Shown in pieces: positions 16,398 through 29,692 of a DNA stretch of 64,000 nt. This DNA is from Cercozoa sp. M6MM (Eukaryota; Protista; Endomyxa: Ascetosporea), in the NCBI GenBank assembly GCA_040357565.1, contig JBDODJ010000028.1. One strand, written 5' to 3'. Made by a program: the position numbers and the translations under genes. The notes under the pieces are model-generated. The model was not told the DNA's origin. It saw only the letters and a list, made by a program, of their open reading frames with translations, and ran no database searches. Position 1 is the stretch's first letter, and every line of letters starts with the position of its first letter.

Positions 16398-17506
16398 GCA
16401 GGGTACGGCCGTCTTCTGACGATGCTCGAGGGCCTCTTTGTAGCCGGCCCAGTTGGTGAACATGCCCGGCGTCCACCGGTCAGCCACGAAGGGCGCATCG
16501 ATCGTACGCGACACGTAGCGCACCGAGCGCGCGCTCTGGTCCGACGTGCCGACGAACATGATCGTGCCGCCGTTGCTTGTCACGTCTTGCAGAAAGCGAA
16601 TGGTGCGACGTAGCGCTGCCACCGTGCGCGTCAGGTCGAACACTGCCAGGGAGGTGGTGGTATAGGGAGAGGGGTCTACATATATTCGTATAGAGTACAA
16701 CACACCAAGGTAGTCACCGCGCTGTCCGAGCAGGTACTCGACCATCTGCGGGTTCCACGAGTGGCGCGGCGACGCCCAGTGGCAGCCGCTCTCAATAAGC
16801 AGACGGTAGGTGGCCTGCTCCACCACGGCCGAGTCGCCCAGGTAGCGTCCGTTGCCGAGTTCCGATGCCACGAACTCGTCCTGCCATAGCAGCACATAGC
16901 AACATACGGTAGCAACAAAGCGTAGCAACAATTAACATAGCGACAGTCCCCAGGTACCGAGGTCTCCGGGTCGAGGTTGAGCGACTGGTGCCTCGAGTTG
17001 AGCACCGGGCCCGTGCGTGGGGCGATGCGCTGGTGCGGCGCGGCCGGCTTGTTGTGCAGACCGTCATCGGGCTGCTGACCCTGGAAGTCGCGCAGTGCCT
17101 GCTCTGTCACGACGAACTGATCGGGCGCCTTGGCGTGCTCGGCCTCAATGTCCACGGGCGGGACGTCGGCGTACGGCGGGATCGACACCGAATCGATCGA
17201 CGCACGCGGCAGCTGCGCCTGTTGGTTCGAATCCTCGTCCACTGTATCGTATATGAAGTGTGCAGACACGGAATATACATATAGACATATAAAAACATAT
17301 ATAAAATATACAAGACAGATACATAGCTGTACCTTCGACAGGATCGCTCTCGACACGGAGGGAAGCAAAGTGACGACGCGCAGTCGCTGAGTCCTCGAGT
17401 TCTTCGGCCAGCATGCGCGATAGCAGCGGCAGCTGCGAGGCCGGCAACTGGCGCACCGCGTGTCTACGCACACATTCGCATACACAGGCACAGACAGGCA
17501 CAGACA

Positions 17507-17554
<48 letters not shown>

Positions 17555-17564
17555 NNNNNNNNNN

Positions 17565-17615
<51 letters not shown>

Positions 17616-19751
17616 TAGAGAGGCCGGTACTCGAGCTCAAGGAGCGTGCGTCGCTGCGTCTCCGTGGTGGTGACGCCGTGCGCGGCCGCGTTGGACAGCA
17701 GCATGTGCGAGAGCTGCGTGCGCACCTCCTCCAGCTGCGGCGCACTGGCCTCCTCGAGCACCGGCTCGTCGCTTTCGCTCGGCACGACATCGAATGTCTC
17801 CAGCGCGTCCGACAACACCGCCGCCGCCGCCTGGCGGAAGCGCATGCCCTCACCTGCGGGGAAGCACCAAAGGAGTCACAAGGCATAGCTCACCCCCCTC
17901 CCCAAGGAGCATCAGAAGCCCACTGGGTACCAGCAGGGTCGGCTAGAACAAGGTGGTCAATAGGCGCGTCGACAAGCCACTTGAGCGCCAACGTAAAGCT
18001 GTCGGGCGTCGGCAGGTCGGCGTACTTGATGCGCTGCATGGCCTGCTTGGTGCGCAGCTTGCCACTGCGCAGCGCACGCTTGTCCGACTCGTCGAGCAGC
18101 GAGATGCACATCTGCTCCTCAAGCAGGCGGCGCTGCGTGCCGTCAATGTCGCGCGGCAGGCCGAGCGCACGCCGTGCCACGCCGCGCAGATGCCGCAGCA
18201 CGCGCGCCACCTCGTCGGCCGAGAGGACCTCCTGTCCGTTCAGCACGAAGGCACGGTTGTCGTTGGCAGCCTCGCCCAACTTGCGCAGACTCTCCGTCAC
18301 GGTGCCGAGCTCGCGCTGCAGCATGTCCAGCTGCGCCGGCTCGTCGCGCAGCAGCCGCTCCAGGTCGCGCTCGCTCAGCAGAGCGCCCTCCTTGTGCTGC
18401 TCCTCCGAGTGCAGGAACATCAGCCAGTCCTGCTGACATGCAACGTTTAGTACATGTCCCACACAGCCACCTCTCGGTATGGCAGGTAGGATAACACACC
18501 TCACGCGCGCGGATACGCTCCTCGTGCAGCGGCAGGTCGTAGTGCAGCGGGTCGGCCGACTCGCGCACCGACAGCGCCATGGCCGACGCGAGCACCTCGT
18601 CGACGGCCTGCGACTGCAAGTCGGCGTCCTTCTGCGAGGCCGCCGTGCCGAGCTTGTCGAACGCAGCGTTGAGTGCAGCGCGCGCCTCCTCGACGCGCTG
18701 GCCCGTGTGTCCGAGAGCGGCGCCCTCGCGGCGCATCTTGTCGGCCACGTGCTGCACGTCGTCACCCGTGTCGCACTGCGACAGCGCCTCGTCCAGCTGC
18801 GCCGCCACGGCCGAGAACAGCAAGTCGCGATGGTTGAAGAAGGTGTGACGCTGCTCCTCCGGCATGTTGGCCACGCACTACACAAACGACACCAGCAACT
18901 TAGACAGGCGTAGCCACCACAAAGACCAGGGGGGGTAGGTCACCAGCTCCTCGGGTTGACGCTCCAGCCAGGCCATGAAGTGCACACGCGCGTGCCACAC
19001 ATTGACCATGTGCGGGCCCTTGCGCAGCGCCGTCTCGGCCACGAGCTGCGTGAACTGACGCACTTGGCGTGCCATCAACTCGCGGCGCGCCTTGGCCTCC
19101 TCTGTGGCACGGTTGGCCGCGGCATTGTCCAGGTGCCACTGCACCAGTTCCCCTACAGTACCAGTCACAGTCACAGTCACAGTCACAATCACAGTCACGT
19201 CAACCAGTCAATCAGGCACCAGTCATCAGTCACACACCAAATCAGAATACCAACCCCGCCCCCGGAGTACTAAGCAGAGTGACGGTACCTCTTTCCTTGG
19301 CCCACTTGTTGTGGAAGATCGGGTCATCCCCGATGGTAGCCAGGCGGCGAGCAGCCGACACATCAAGCACATCAACCGACTTGGCATCCGTGGCTGTGCA
19401 GGGTCATGTTGATATGCAGGTTGCTATGCACACATGGGATTCAAACATTTTCCTACCAAGCGACGTATCCTGCGGCGACACAGCCGACACCTGGGCTAGC
19501 AGACGACGCAGCGCGCGGTCAGTCGCACCGCTCGCGGCACGAGCGTCCGACACGCGCATCATCGAGCGACGCAGGCGTGCCAACAGCTGGCTCGGCGTCT
19601 TGACAGGTCGCACGCGCAGTGGCGACGCCTCTGCGGAGAGGGCGCGCCCCACCGCGTTGCCAACTCCCTGAACAAATCCGGTATCAAACAAACCACGCAG
19701 TCGATTCAAAATGCCATCAACAAGACAACAACAAACAACAACAAGTGCCAT
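13921..19751 (-). CDS. Very large (about 1,470 aa) mitochondrion-targeted protein containing a ribosomal protein uS2 (MRPS2-like) domain
   Basis: uS2 signature at about 16070-16810: GCHWASPRHSWNPQMVEYLLGQRG, VFDLTRT, IMFVGT, RWTPGMFTNW, PDVIVVAD, LREAASAHIPVVSLVD and ITYAIPCN. N-terminus MALGVGNAVGRALSAEASPLRVRPVK...RLRRSMMR is presequence-like. About 16 introns keep one frame. Confidence 0.8.
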
Positions 19752-20143
19752 TTTGTCACTGGGAAGAAATTTAGACTTTTGACGGAAACACGCGATGCCG
19801 CGCGATTAGTTGCATCCAGTGCAACGGATCACTGTGCCGCGCTCGCACATGCAAATGGCAGCAGAGCCGAGCGGCTCGCGCGAAAAGAGACTCAGGTAAA
19901 TTACACGGCGTGGAAGTTTCAGCATCCTGTTGTCCCGGTGCGTGCAGGCGCAGGACAACACCGTTGGCCGGCTTTCTGTCGTGCGATAAACAGACCTGAT
20001 CCAGGACTTTTGTCCACAGTACTGTACCAGTTTTTTTTCGGACACGTTTCTGACTCAGTCTACTTTCAGATTTCTGATCACCATATGTTGCGATAACAGC
20101 ATCAAGTTTGTGTGTGTGTGTGTGCTTGCATATAATTAAGATT
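19752..20143. promoter_or_regulatory. Putative bidirectional promoter for the uS2-domain gene and ECHS1
   Basis: 392 bp separate the divergent start codons of two mitochondrial-protein genes. Confidence 0.55.
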
Positions 20144-21426
20144 ATGAACGCTCTTAGACTGGTTTGTTTGCTTGCTCGGGGTTGCAAGTTGCTCGCAATC
20201 TGCTCGCAATCGGTTATGTGTGTTTCTTCAGGTCTCTCGTCGCCAGCTCGGCGCGCGTTTTCTGGCGGCTGAGGTCCTGCAGAAGGAGTTCATCACAATC
20301 CAGCGTGTTGGTGAGAAGGAAGATGTGTCGCTGATCACGCTAAACCGGCCCAAGGCACTGAACGCACTGTGCGACGGTCTCATGCGCGAGGTCACTTTCC
20401 TTGTGCCGTTCCTTTGCTACTTCCTGTGTTGTGAGCGGTTGGCGCTCTGGCGTTGTTGCAGGTGACCGAACAGCTGTTTGAAAACGACGAGAACGAGGAG
20501 ATTGGCGCCACGGTGATTACCGGCTCGGAGAAGGCGTTCGCAGCTGGTGCTGACATCAAGGAGATGGCGCCGCAGACCTACATGACGGCCTATAAGAAGG
20601 ACATGCTGTCGCACTGGGACCAGGTCGCGCAGGCGCGCAAGCCCGTTATCGCCGCCGTCAATGGCTTTGCTGTATACAATATGTTAATGCTGTGCTGTCT
20701 CTGCTGTGCCGTGCTACGTGCTATATTGATGTGTAGCTCGGCGGCGGCTGCGAGTTGGCCATGATGTGTGACATCATTCTGGTCGGCGATCGCGCTAAGT
20801 TCGGCCAGCCGGAGATCAAGCTCGGTACCATCCCGGGCGTCGGTGGCACGCAGCGTCTGACGCGCGCGATCGGCAAGGCGCGTGCCATGGAGCTCATCCT
20901 CACCGGCGACTTCATGGACGCCGACGAGGCCGTGTCGCGCGGTCTTGCTGCGCGCAAGCTCCCGGCCGACAAGCTTGTCGATGTACGCTCCTCCTCCTCT
21001 CTCCCCCTCTCTTCCTCCTTACTACCTTAACCTTTTGCAGCAGTCTCCCTTTCTGTTAAGGAGTGTGTATGCTGTATATGTATGAGCAGGAGGCCGTGTC
21101 GCAAGCGAGCAAGATTGCCTCGTTCTCGCAACCGGTGGTACTCCCGTGGCTCCCCGACACATGCCTTTGTTTCCGAGGTACGTCTTATGTGTGTAGGTCG
21201 GCATGGCCAAGGAGTGCGTCAATGTTGCTTTCGAGTCGTCGCTGCGCGAGGGCGTGCGCTTTGAGCGCCGCGTGTTCCACTCAACCTTTGCCACCAAGGA
21301 CCAGAAGGAGGGTACCTCTTTCTTTTTTCTTTTGACAACACAGGTTCTACTGTCTGTCTCGGCCTTTGTTGCGTAGGTATGTCTGCCTTTGCTGAGAAGC
21401 GTCCGGCCGAGTTCCAGAACGAGTAG
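20144..21426 (+). CDS. ECHS1: Mitochondrial short-chain enoyl-CoA hydratase, 7 exons
   Basis: [78 protein letters not shown] and [10 protein letters not shown] motifs. Confidence 0.96.
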
Positions 21427-21741
21427 ATTAAACTGGAAACGCGATGAACTCGGCCAGCGCTAGTTTCCCTCAGTACTAGTGATAGTAGCTGGGTCTGTAC
21501 GGAACCAACAGCTACGTGAGTTCCCCCGCACCAGTTTGGTGTCTAATTTAGTGTTGCGATCAGTGGTCATTATTAAAATCGGAGTTTCACGCACATCCAA
21601 TCAGCCTAGTCGAGTCTAACATGCGTCGCGTGTCAAGTCACGGGTTACTCATCGCGGGGCCGCAGTGCCAACCGCTTGCGTCGCCGTGCTCGCTCGGTGA
21701 CCTAAATTGTGACGAGGCATATCACAGCCAACAGTCATAGT

Positions 21742-22271
21742 TTAGATATAGAAGCTGCATACATCAACGCCGTCGATAAAGAAATGCAAGCCGCGACGTT
21801 GGAGCAGCACGTGTGCGCGATCCTTGCTTTCGCCATCTTCTTCGTCAGAGCTAATGCCAAATCAGGGCCGTGCGTATATCAAGACTCCCATACCCCCCCC
21901 CCCCCCCAGGAGACACAATACTCAGCGTCCTCATCGGCGCGAAGCGATTTCGGCACCGGGTGAGCAAAGCGCAGCGTGTCTAATCAAAAGGAAGAAAAAG
22001 GTAATGGGAGACTCGGAAGGAGGAGAAGGGCAACGGATAGGTACGACTTATGTCGACACATGTGTCCTCATCGTCACTGTCGACGTCGCTGTCACTGTCA
22101 TCGTCCGACGAGGTGTCGCTCTCGTCACTATTGCGGTTCTCTTCCCTGTGCACACCATGCACCATACACAGACATACTAATGCCAACAAGTGTGGGTACG
22201 CATGGGCGGCATCTTCGGCGAGGATCATGTCTGTTGGTATGGAAGGTACTTGGTTAGTGTTCGAAGCGCGC

Positions 22272-22356
<85 letters not shown>

Positions 22357-22456
22357 NNNNNNNNNNNNNNNNNNNNNNNNNNNNNNNNNNNNNNNNNNNN
22401 NNNNNNNNNNNNNNNNNNNNNNNNNNNNNNNNNNNNNNNNNNNNNNNNNNNNNNNN

Positions 22457-22541
<85 letters not shown>

Positions 22542-22552
22542 TGTGTGTGTGT

Positions 22553-22605
<53 letters not shown>

Positions 22606-22973
22606 ATAGTACGAGAAAGCGAGTGGTGCCGAGTTGAAGCACCTAGTAATAAACGGAATTGATGTGCACTGCATAAACACATGCATACAAAATATTGTTT
22701 ATCTGTACCGGTGAAAAAGGGAACCTCGCTCGCCACGCGGCCCGATGAAAACGTAGAACACCAAAGGTGCATCCACACGCTGTACCACCGCATTGCGACC
22801 GCAAACCTGATACACACACCACACACACGTGGAAAGACATCAAGACGCGTATCTATAACTAGAACGTGTACCGTAATTGGATGACCGGGTTCGAGCTGGG
22901 TGAGGCTTGATACATGAGCGCCCGGTTGGCCAGCTGGTGGAAGGACATCCAACTGTGCCTGTGATTCTGGCAT
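21742..22973 (-). CDS. Hypothetical protein with an Asp/Ser-rich acidic tract
   Basis: Exons [18 protein letters not shown]..., [52 protein letters not shown] and ...[15 protein letters not shown], with GT-AG boundaries. Confidence 0.55.
22274..22597 (+). repeat. Intronic (TG)n microsatellite with an assembly gap
   Basis: TG runs flank a 100-base N stretch. Confidence 0.95.
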
Positions 22974-23283
22974 CTTCCCCAAGGCTAAATTAAACGCTGG
23001 GTATCTGCTAGCCGTGTCCTTAGCTAATTATAGTGTGCCACACTGCTGTGCACTTCTCGTAGCCTCGCTATTAGACGGTCTGGCTCCTGCTTTGCCAATT
23101 CTGGCGAAATAAAAAAAAGAAACAGTGACACGGCTGGCGGCTGAAGCAGGGCCAAGTGTTCTGAGACGTGATATCCTGTGTACACGCCATTGGTACTGTA
23201 AATTGGGTCACGCTGTATCAGCTGCGTGTGTTGAGTTTGGGATTTTTTGATTCTTGTTGTGGCCTTGATTTTCCGAAGGCAAG

Positions 23284-24441
23284 ATGGAACTCGCTCCGAA
23301 CCAGACGCTGTACGTGAGCAATCTTAACGATCGTTTGCGCAAGCACGACCTGCGCAAGCACTTGTTCTTCCTCTTCTCGCAGGTGCAACAGTCCAACAAC
23401 AATCCAAAATCTCGAGCGTGTGCTGGTTGATTGTTGTGCTGTCACCTTGCGTAGTACGGCAAAGTGATCGATGTCGTTGCTCTCAAGACCGAGAAGATGC
23501 GCGGACAAGTGCTTTTCTTTTTTGCCTGTCTTGTCTCTGATTGGACCGCATGTTGTGCCCACAGGCGCACGTAGTTTTCAGTGACGTCCCGCAGGCTACG
23601 CGAGCTCTTCGCGAGCTCAACGGAATGGTGAGTTTCTTGTCGTATCTATTTTTGTTTGTTGGCGGTGTTCCTCTTCTGACTGTATTTGTGTTGTGACTCA
23701 GACCTTCTTTGGCAAGCCCATGCGCGTCCAGTTCGCCAGAGGCAAGTCGCATGCCGGTACTTTGTTTGTGTCCGTCATGTCCTCAATCAGTCAGCTTTCG
23801 GCCGGATCATGTTGACACACAGTGGCCAAGTTGGACGGCACGTTTGTTCCTCCCAGTATGCGCAAGCAGGAGCCAGAAACCGTACCTCCACCTGTTTAGA
23901 CTGAGTAGGGACACCGGTATCTCGTGTGCCTCCTCGCAGGAGCAGAAGGCACCGAACGAGGTTCACACTGCTGCCGCGTCCACCGCTGTCGGAGGCGCCA
24001 ACCTGGTCACTGACGTTGCTGAAGAGGGTGCCATGCAGGACGACGCCGCCCCAGTTGGCAGCGGTACTCACTCCGTTTGTCTCTATGTTCGTGTGTTTGG
24101 TCAACCCGTGCGGTGTGTCATCAGAGGCGCCAATCTCGGCGATCAACAACCCGCCTTCTAACATCCTGATGGTGCAGGACCTGGCACCGTCCACTGAGGT
24201 TCCTTTCTTGCTCTTGATGACGTCCGAATTATCTCATTTTTGCGCGTGATTGCAGCTGGACACGGTCACGCGCGCCTTCGCCCCGTTCCCGGGCTTCCAG
24301 CAGGTTCGACTCATGCCAGGCACGGGCGCCGCCTTTGTCGACTTTGACACCGAGCACAGCGCTACAACCGCTCGTGACTCGCTCGCCGGTTTCCCCATCG
24401 ATGGCCACAACGTCAAGATCGGCTTTGCGCGCACTGAGTAA
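23284..24441 (+). CDS. SNRPB2: U2B''/U1A-family spliceosomal two-RRM protein (U2B''-like loop), 8 exons
   Basis: PNQTLYVSNLND...[27 protein letters not shown]...GKPMRVQFARGKS; second RRM PPSNILMVQDL...FPGFQQVRLMPG..AFVDF. Confidence 0.9.
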
Positions 24442-24816
24442 CCTAAGTCTACTGAGCGCGCTCGCGACCGGGCGCGCCGGCGCGAGCTGATGGCGTTTCC
24501 TGCACATTCATGATCATGGACCGGACCTTGAAGATTCCACCGTACGCCCGTGCTGCGCTACACGTCAATTTAGCACCCCTAGCGTAACGTACGATATGTC
24601 GAAGTACGGTAAAAGAACGTTTTACGAGTCTAGGCGTCTGTCGCGCGCCACTTGAGGAGATCGCCACCCCTCTCTCCTGGGTTGACTTCGTGCGGACCGT
24701 CTTAGAACGATCCGCCATTGAGTCGTCAGTTAGCTCGCTTGCCGGCTTAAAAATCTCCGACCCTAACAACTAGGCATCCAACGCTTAGCTGTCTAAATAA
24801 TAGAACCATCAATCAC

Positions 24817-26165
24817 TCAATTAAACGTTCTGTTAGAATTTAATTCTCTGCAGGCAGCATGCGCATGCATCAGACCAATCGTCACGCCGAGGAGCCGTGC
24901 ACTCTCTTTGTCCAGCACCGTACGGCACTGGCAAAGCACGACACAGCCGTGCTATGTCGCTCCAATCGGTGAAGGTTGTTGAGACATGGCAGCGTCAGAT
25001 TCCGTCGCTGGCGGTTGATCCAGCGAAGGACCCACGTGCAGGAACGCACTCATGTGCAGTCCTTCAAATCGAGTTTCCGCCAGAAACACAGGTTCCCACT
25101 TGCACTGAAACTCCTCCTACACACCGGCGCACAACATTAAAATTTGAAACTATAAAACCTAGGATGAAAGAAACCTGGTGCTGCTGCGGGACTGAGTTGT
25201 AGTTCTCGTCGTTTGGTATAAACACATACACGTCAAAGGTGTTGCTTGGGTGTAACGTTTGCAACTGAAAAAAACGCAAATTACGATGCAGTGCACAGTA
25301 GGTGTAATGCACGCCAAAACACGGTTACAGCAGGTGAAATGCACGTCAAAACAGGGTTGCTTTCGTTATAAGAGGAACGCACACAAGGTAGCAGATGCAT
25401 GTTCGCTGTCGCTTTGGCAAGTGTCTCCTCTAAGTGTTGCTGCAGGAGTGGCACATTGCACTCTTCGAGGGCTGATCTGCACAAATGTACCATATCACCA
25501 AGAATAGGTGTGCAAACAAAGAAAGTTAGCGAGAGACAATAGCGCACCGATCAAATGTGTTAAACTGGACAGTCATGCACTGTGAGGCGAAAAAACGCAC
25601 GGCTGTTTCTGTCAGCAGCACTCCTTTTTTTCCGTTAGTGGCACAGAAAAAGAGCATGCCTTAGTAAAGATTTACCAGAGTCAATGTCAAGAATCTGTTG
25701 CGTGTGGACCGAGACGACATCTTGCTCCGCGCAGCCGGAAAAGAACTCCACACGCGGTACACGATCTTTCTGTGGTTTTGAGTTTTGGCTCTATAAAATC
25801 TAAGAAACATTGCATACAAGTAGTATGTACCTGTGTCAGCTGCGCAAGCAGGTGTCGAATGTGCTTCTCCATTGTTTCTTTCAGTAGCTTGTTTTTCGCT
25901 TGCACTGTGGACATTGATTGCAAATTAATTACGAAGTAAACTGAAACCCACCGAGGGCAGAACAAAATGTACTCGTGCTGCAGTCTCCAAAACGTGTGCG
26001 TTCGAACATGTGCGCAGGTAGCACGTTGCGCTCCAACAGGAATGTACACAGGAGGCTACAGTTGCATTTGATTGGAGAAGACAAACAAGCATTCAGTGCA
26101 CCGTACCTTTCGAAAAAGCGCGCCAACTGGGTCACAACCAGCAGATACGTCTCGTCGTCGCTCAT
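24817..26165 (-). CDS. Divergent HORMA-domain protein, most similar in pattern to REV7/MAD2L2
   Basis: Spliced LARFFESLLCTFLLERNVLPAHMFERTRFGDCSTMQAKNKLLKETMEKHIRHL...LQQHLEETLAKA...HPSNTFDVYVF...KWEPVFLAE parallels the REV7 layout (FLEVAVHLILYVREVYP..F, PPGCTFTVLVH, FPWILADE). Comparison made from memory. Confidence 0.55.
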
Positions 26166-26284
26166 CTCACTATAAACCCAAATAAAATAAGTGCACCATG
26201 TCTAATATCGCGCTTTTGATAGCTTTTTAGAATTTTTGTGTTGTTTTGTTTTTTGAATAAATTTACTTAAATATTAGCATATTT

Positions 26285-29230
26285 TTACTCAAAATCCTCG
26301 CTGTACTCACCCTGGACGATCGACACTCCGCTAGAGCTTGCTGAACTGGAGAGGAGTATCGACACGGTGCCTGAGGAAGGCAACGATGGAGCTGGCTGAG
26401 GCTTTGCGGCTTGAGACTTCACGGAGGTGCCAGACGCGGCGAGGAGTTGGGACGTAGCAGTCCTGCATTCGTGTTCGTTGGAGTCTAAGTCGAGGTCTAG
26501 GTGCGAAAACTCACTGGTAGGCATCGGCACGGTCACGCCACCGAACTCGTCGCTGGTGCTTCCATTGCTTTCGATTTCCGTGCTTTTTCGAATCGACGTA
26601 TTGGTGTTGGTTGGTGTTTGTTTGGTGGCTGAGACGGCAGGTTTGCTCACGCTTGGTGTGGCTTGTGCTGTGCGCTTCGTGCGCATTGTAAGCTTCTGAA
26701 GAGCAATGCCCACAAATACATTTTAGACATCGAACACTAAGGGACGCTGTTTACCAGTGAAGGTTGGGGTGCCAACGATATAACCGGCACCTCGACTTCT
26801 GGAGCCTGGCCTGCTGTCACTGTCTGCTTGTTGTCGAGATAAACAGCGCGAGTGCGAGCTATTTCTTGGCTTCTGGTCGTATGATGTTCGTCGTTGGATG
26901 CTGTGGATCCTGACGGTGTCAACTTGGCACTCTTGCGAGATGCTTCAGTCAACTGACTGATGCTTGAAGCTCTCGTTCCGTGCACAAACTACCACCAAAG
27001 GCAGATTTGCATGGAGAAATTTAAGTGAACTGCATTATGACAGTATCGTATCGACTTACATGATGCATGTGAAGTTGCAAAGCGCCACACGACACCGAGC
27101 TCTCTGCTTCACGCTTCGTGCGTTTTGTGTCGCCCGGAATATGTGTGTCCGTCAATGAACGTCGCGAGTTTAGACGTTCCAGCTGCGCGCGTCTGCGAGG
27201 GTTGATTGTGGACTGCTTTTAATTTGGACAACATTAACATGAACAAAGAGGATAAAAATTGTAGAGAGACAACTTATCGGGGCCATGAGAAGAAGTACTG
27301 ATGGTTGTGTAGCTTAAGTTACCTTATGCAAAGGCGACGACATAGCCGAGCCCGAAAACCGAGGTTGTTCTCCTGTGAGTGCACTCAGAACAGCACGAAG
27401 CAACTGATTTGTCTCACGCTGAACGAGAAAAGACGATGATTTGCCGTTGCGGAACGAGGACGCAGGTGTGCCGGAACGCGTGGAAGGCCTTTGTTTCCGA
27501 TTCTGCCGGTTCCTTGTCCTGGATCGAGTCTGTGCTTCGTGTTTTTCCTTCCATTGTTCGTACAACTTGACATAAATGCTCTTTTTTCTGCGAGACACCT
27601 CATTATTTAACACTAGTATCGGCGAGACGGTGTTTTTTAAAAATGTACCTTGCAGATTGAGGCACATGTCGCCGCCGTTCTGAACCAACAATTCCGTGAA
27701 CCGGACATACGTTAGAATCGACACAGGAGCAAGACGTGTGGCACGAAGAGACAGATGATGAGACAACGCTGCGAGCGTCCTCTTTTTGCACGCTGACATC
27801 CACTGGCATCTTTGGCTCTTTTGGTTGCTGTTGCTTGCGCTGGCTTGGTGCACTTCGAGGTTCTTCAGTTTCTACAGGTACAGAGTCTGCAGCGTTTGTG
27901 ACATCAGTCTGCGTGGCACGACTCTCGGGCATGACACACTGGATTGCGGTGTCGATTGACAGGACACGGCGAGGCCGCGCACCTGCTTCTGAAACTGAAG
28001 GCCCTTCGCTAACTGGAGTGAGTCGGCTTATCACCGACTCTTGTTCAACAGGCGGCAGAGTACGTGCGCTTGCGTCGATGACAGAAGGAGCGTCAGCATT
28101 TTGAGGGAAAGCGGCTTGAAGTGTCAAATCACCAACAGCAGCAGATCTAGAAATCGGAGTGCTTTCCTCGATTTTTTCGTTTTCGGCAGTTTTGAGCTCA
28201 TTTTCGTGGTCGCTGTCGCTTTCGACACTTGCCGTTTTCAAGCTACATTTACAAATACACAGCTCACAGCGCAGTTGGAAAGTAGCTAGATGAGTTTTGA
28301 ATATATTGCAGTTTACAGTTGGTTTTGGGTATCACTTTCTTGTGAAGCGAGCTCGTCGGACTGCGCATTTTCGACGCATGAGGCGCGAACGAGTGCAAAC
28401 ACTTGCATCAACGGTGCGTCGTCAATAGAATCAAAGAGCGGAAATTCAGATCGCGCAAAATCGCTGCTTTCTCGATCATCCTCGGAGGAAAGAAAGTGCA
28501 CTTCCAACGGTGCCACCTATATTAAATTTATAAAGGGACCTACAACTAAATTTGTTGAATACTAAATTTACGTTCACTTGCGCAGCGGCGACAGTATCGC
28601 CAAACTGGTCGATAGCTCTGCGCCATAGAATAAATTTACTGTTCAAAGTTGAGTTTCCTCCAACCTCACTGGCATTTACCCTTTCGCCAGTTACCCCCTC
28701 CACGAGATAAAACCACTCACCGAACTAACAAAGGTTCTTCAGCGAGTAGCGAGCAGAAGTCGCTACTTGCCGCTTCTACCAGCACAGGTAAACTTCTTGC
28801 CCAGCAGTGGATACATTATGCCTTAAGCGCCACTGAAGCAGATTTTCTGTTTGTGATACCTAGCTCAATTGTTTTGCCTCTGTTGCACTGAAAAATGACC
28901 CCGTCGACGGCCGAATCGGCTGGGATGGCAATGCTGCAAACATGACACGCATACACAATACCAAAGCAACAACAACTGAAAGGAAGGTGGTCTAAACTTG
29001 TAAGTTTATTTTAAATTAAAAAACAAAGGGTACTTGAAGCTCGGTAGAGATTCCATTTGCCATCGAAATTGCAACGTGGAGAGGGAGATGTCATCAGTTG
29101 CTGCGACAATATCTTCGATGTACACCTGCAGGCAAAGGTGGTGCTTGAAAATTTGCCTCACATTGTCGGTAAAATACCCGCTTCTAATGAGTTTACCTCA
29201 AAAAAACACTGACACTGGTCAAGTGACATG
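26285..29230 (-). CDS. Protein with a MAP10/KIAA1383-like N-terminal C2-type domain and a long Ser/Thr-rich low-complexity tail; start uncertain
   Basis: QFRWQMESLPSF..IAIP..VIFQCNRGKTIEL..FCSLLAEEPLLVR..VAAAQVNV..RSEFPLFDS..MQVFALVR resembles the MAP10 pattern (FRLLDFP, FGRGKS, RFPL); ends ...EYSEDFE*. Confidence 0.4.
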
Positions 29231-29692
29231 GGAAGGTATGTGTGAGTGTGCTGGTAGCTCAATTGGGGGACACGAACACTAAGTCCTCCCTCGTTTGTTG
29301 CTAAGAGCGCGTCTAGGACTTTCCAATGTTATGCTTTTAGTTTTTTTTTGTATGCATCTGTCTCCGCGCGGTCTGGGTCCTTGGAGGTCTTCGATACACT
29401 GTAAAGGAAAATCGTTCAGGGTGAAACCAGAGTCGACACGGAGGGTCTGTATTTCGCGATAGTATTATAAATTTAGCATCGTGGCGTACCCTGAACTGAA
29501 AATAAACTTAAGCATTGTGCGGAGACGGTTTCCCGGGCACCTTACTAACTTTACTGTGTTACAACATCATGATAAAATTACTATGCTTATTTCGTTTGTC
29601 CAGTCAAATTTTAGTCGCGCCTGCGTCGGTTTTACTCAGTCCAGGCATGTTGCCTAGTAGCGCTAAATGATACTGACAGGCCAGTGTCGAGG

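Noticed and set aside
14237-16613. Long plus-strand ORFs (579 aa and 417 aa)
   Set aside because: They are antisense shadows of GC-rich exons of the minus-strand uS2-domain gene and run through its introns.
19300-19395. Apparent frameshift in an early exon of the uS2-domain gene
   Set aside because: Recounting the C run at 19328-19331 gives four bases, and the frame is intact (…ATIGDDPIFHNK…).
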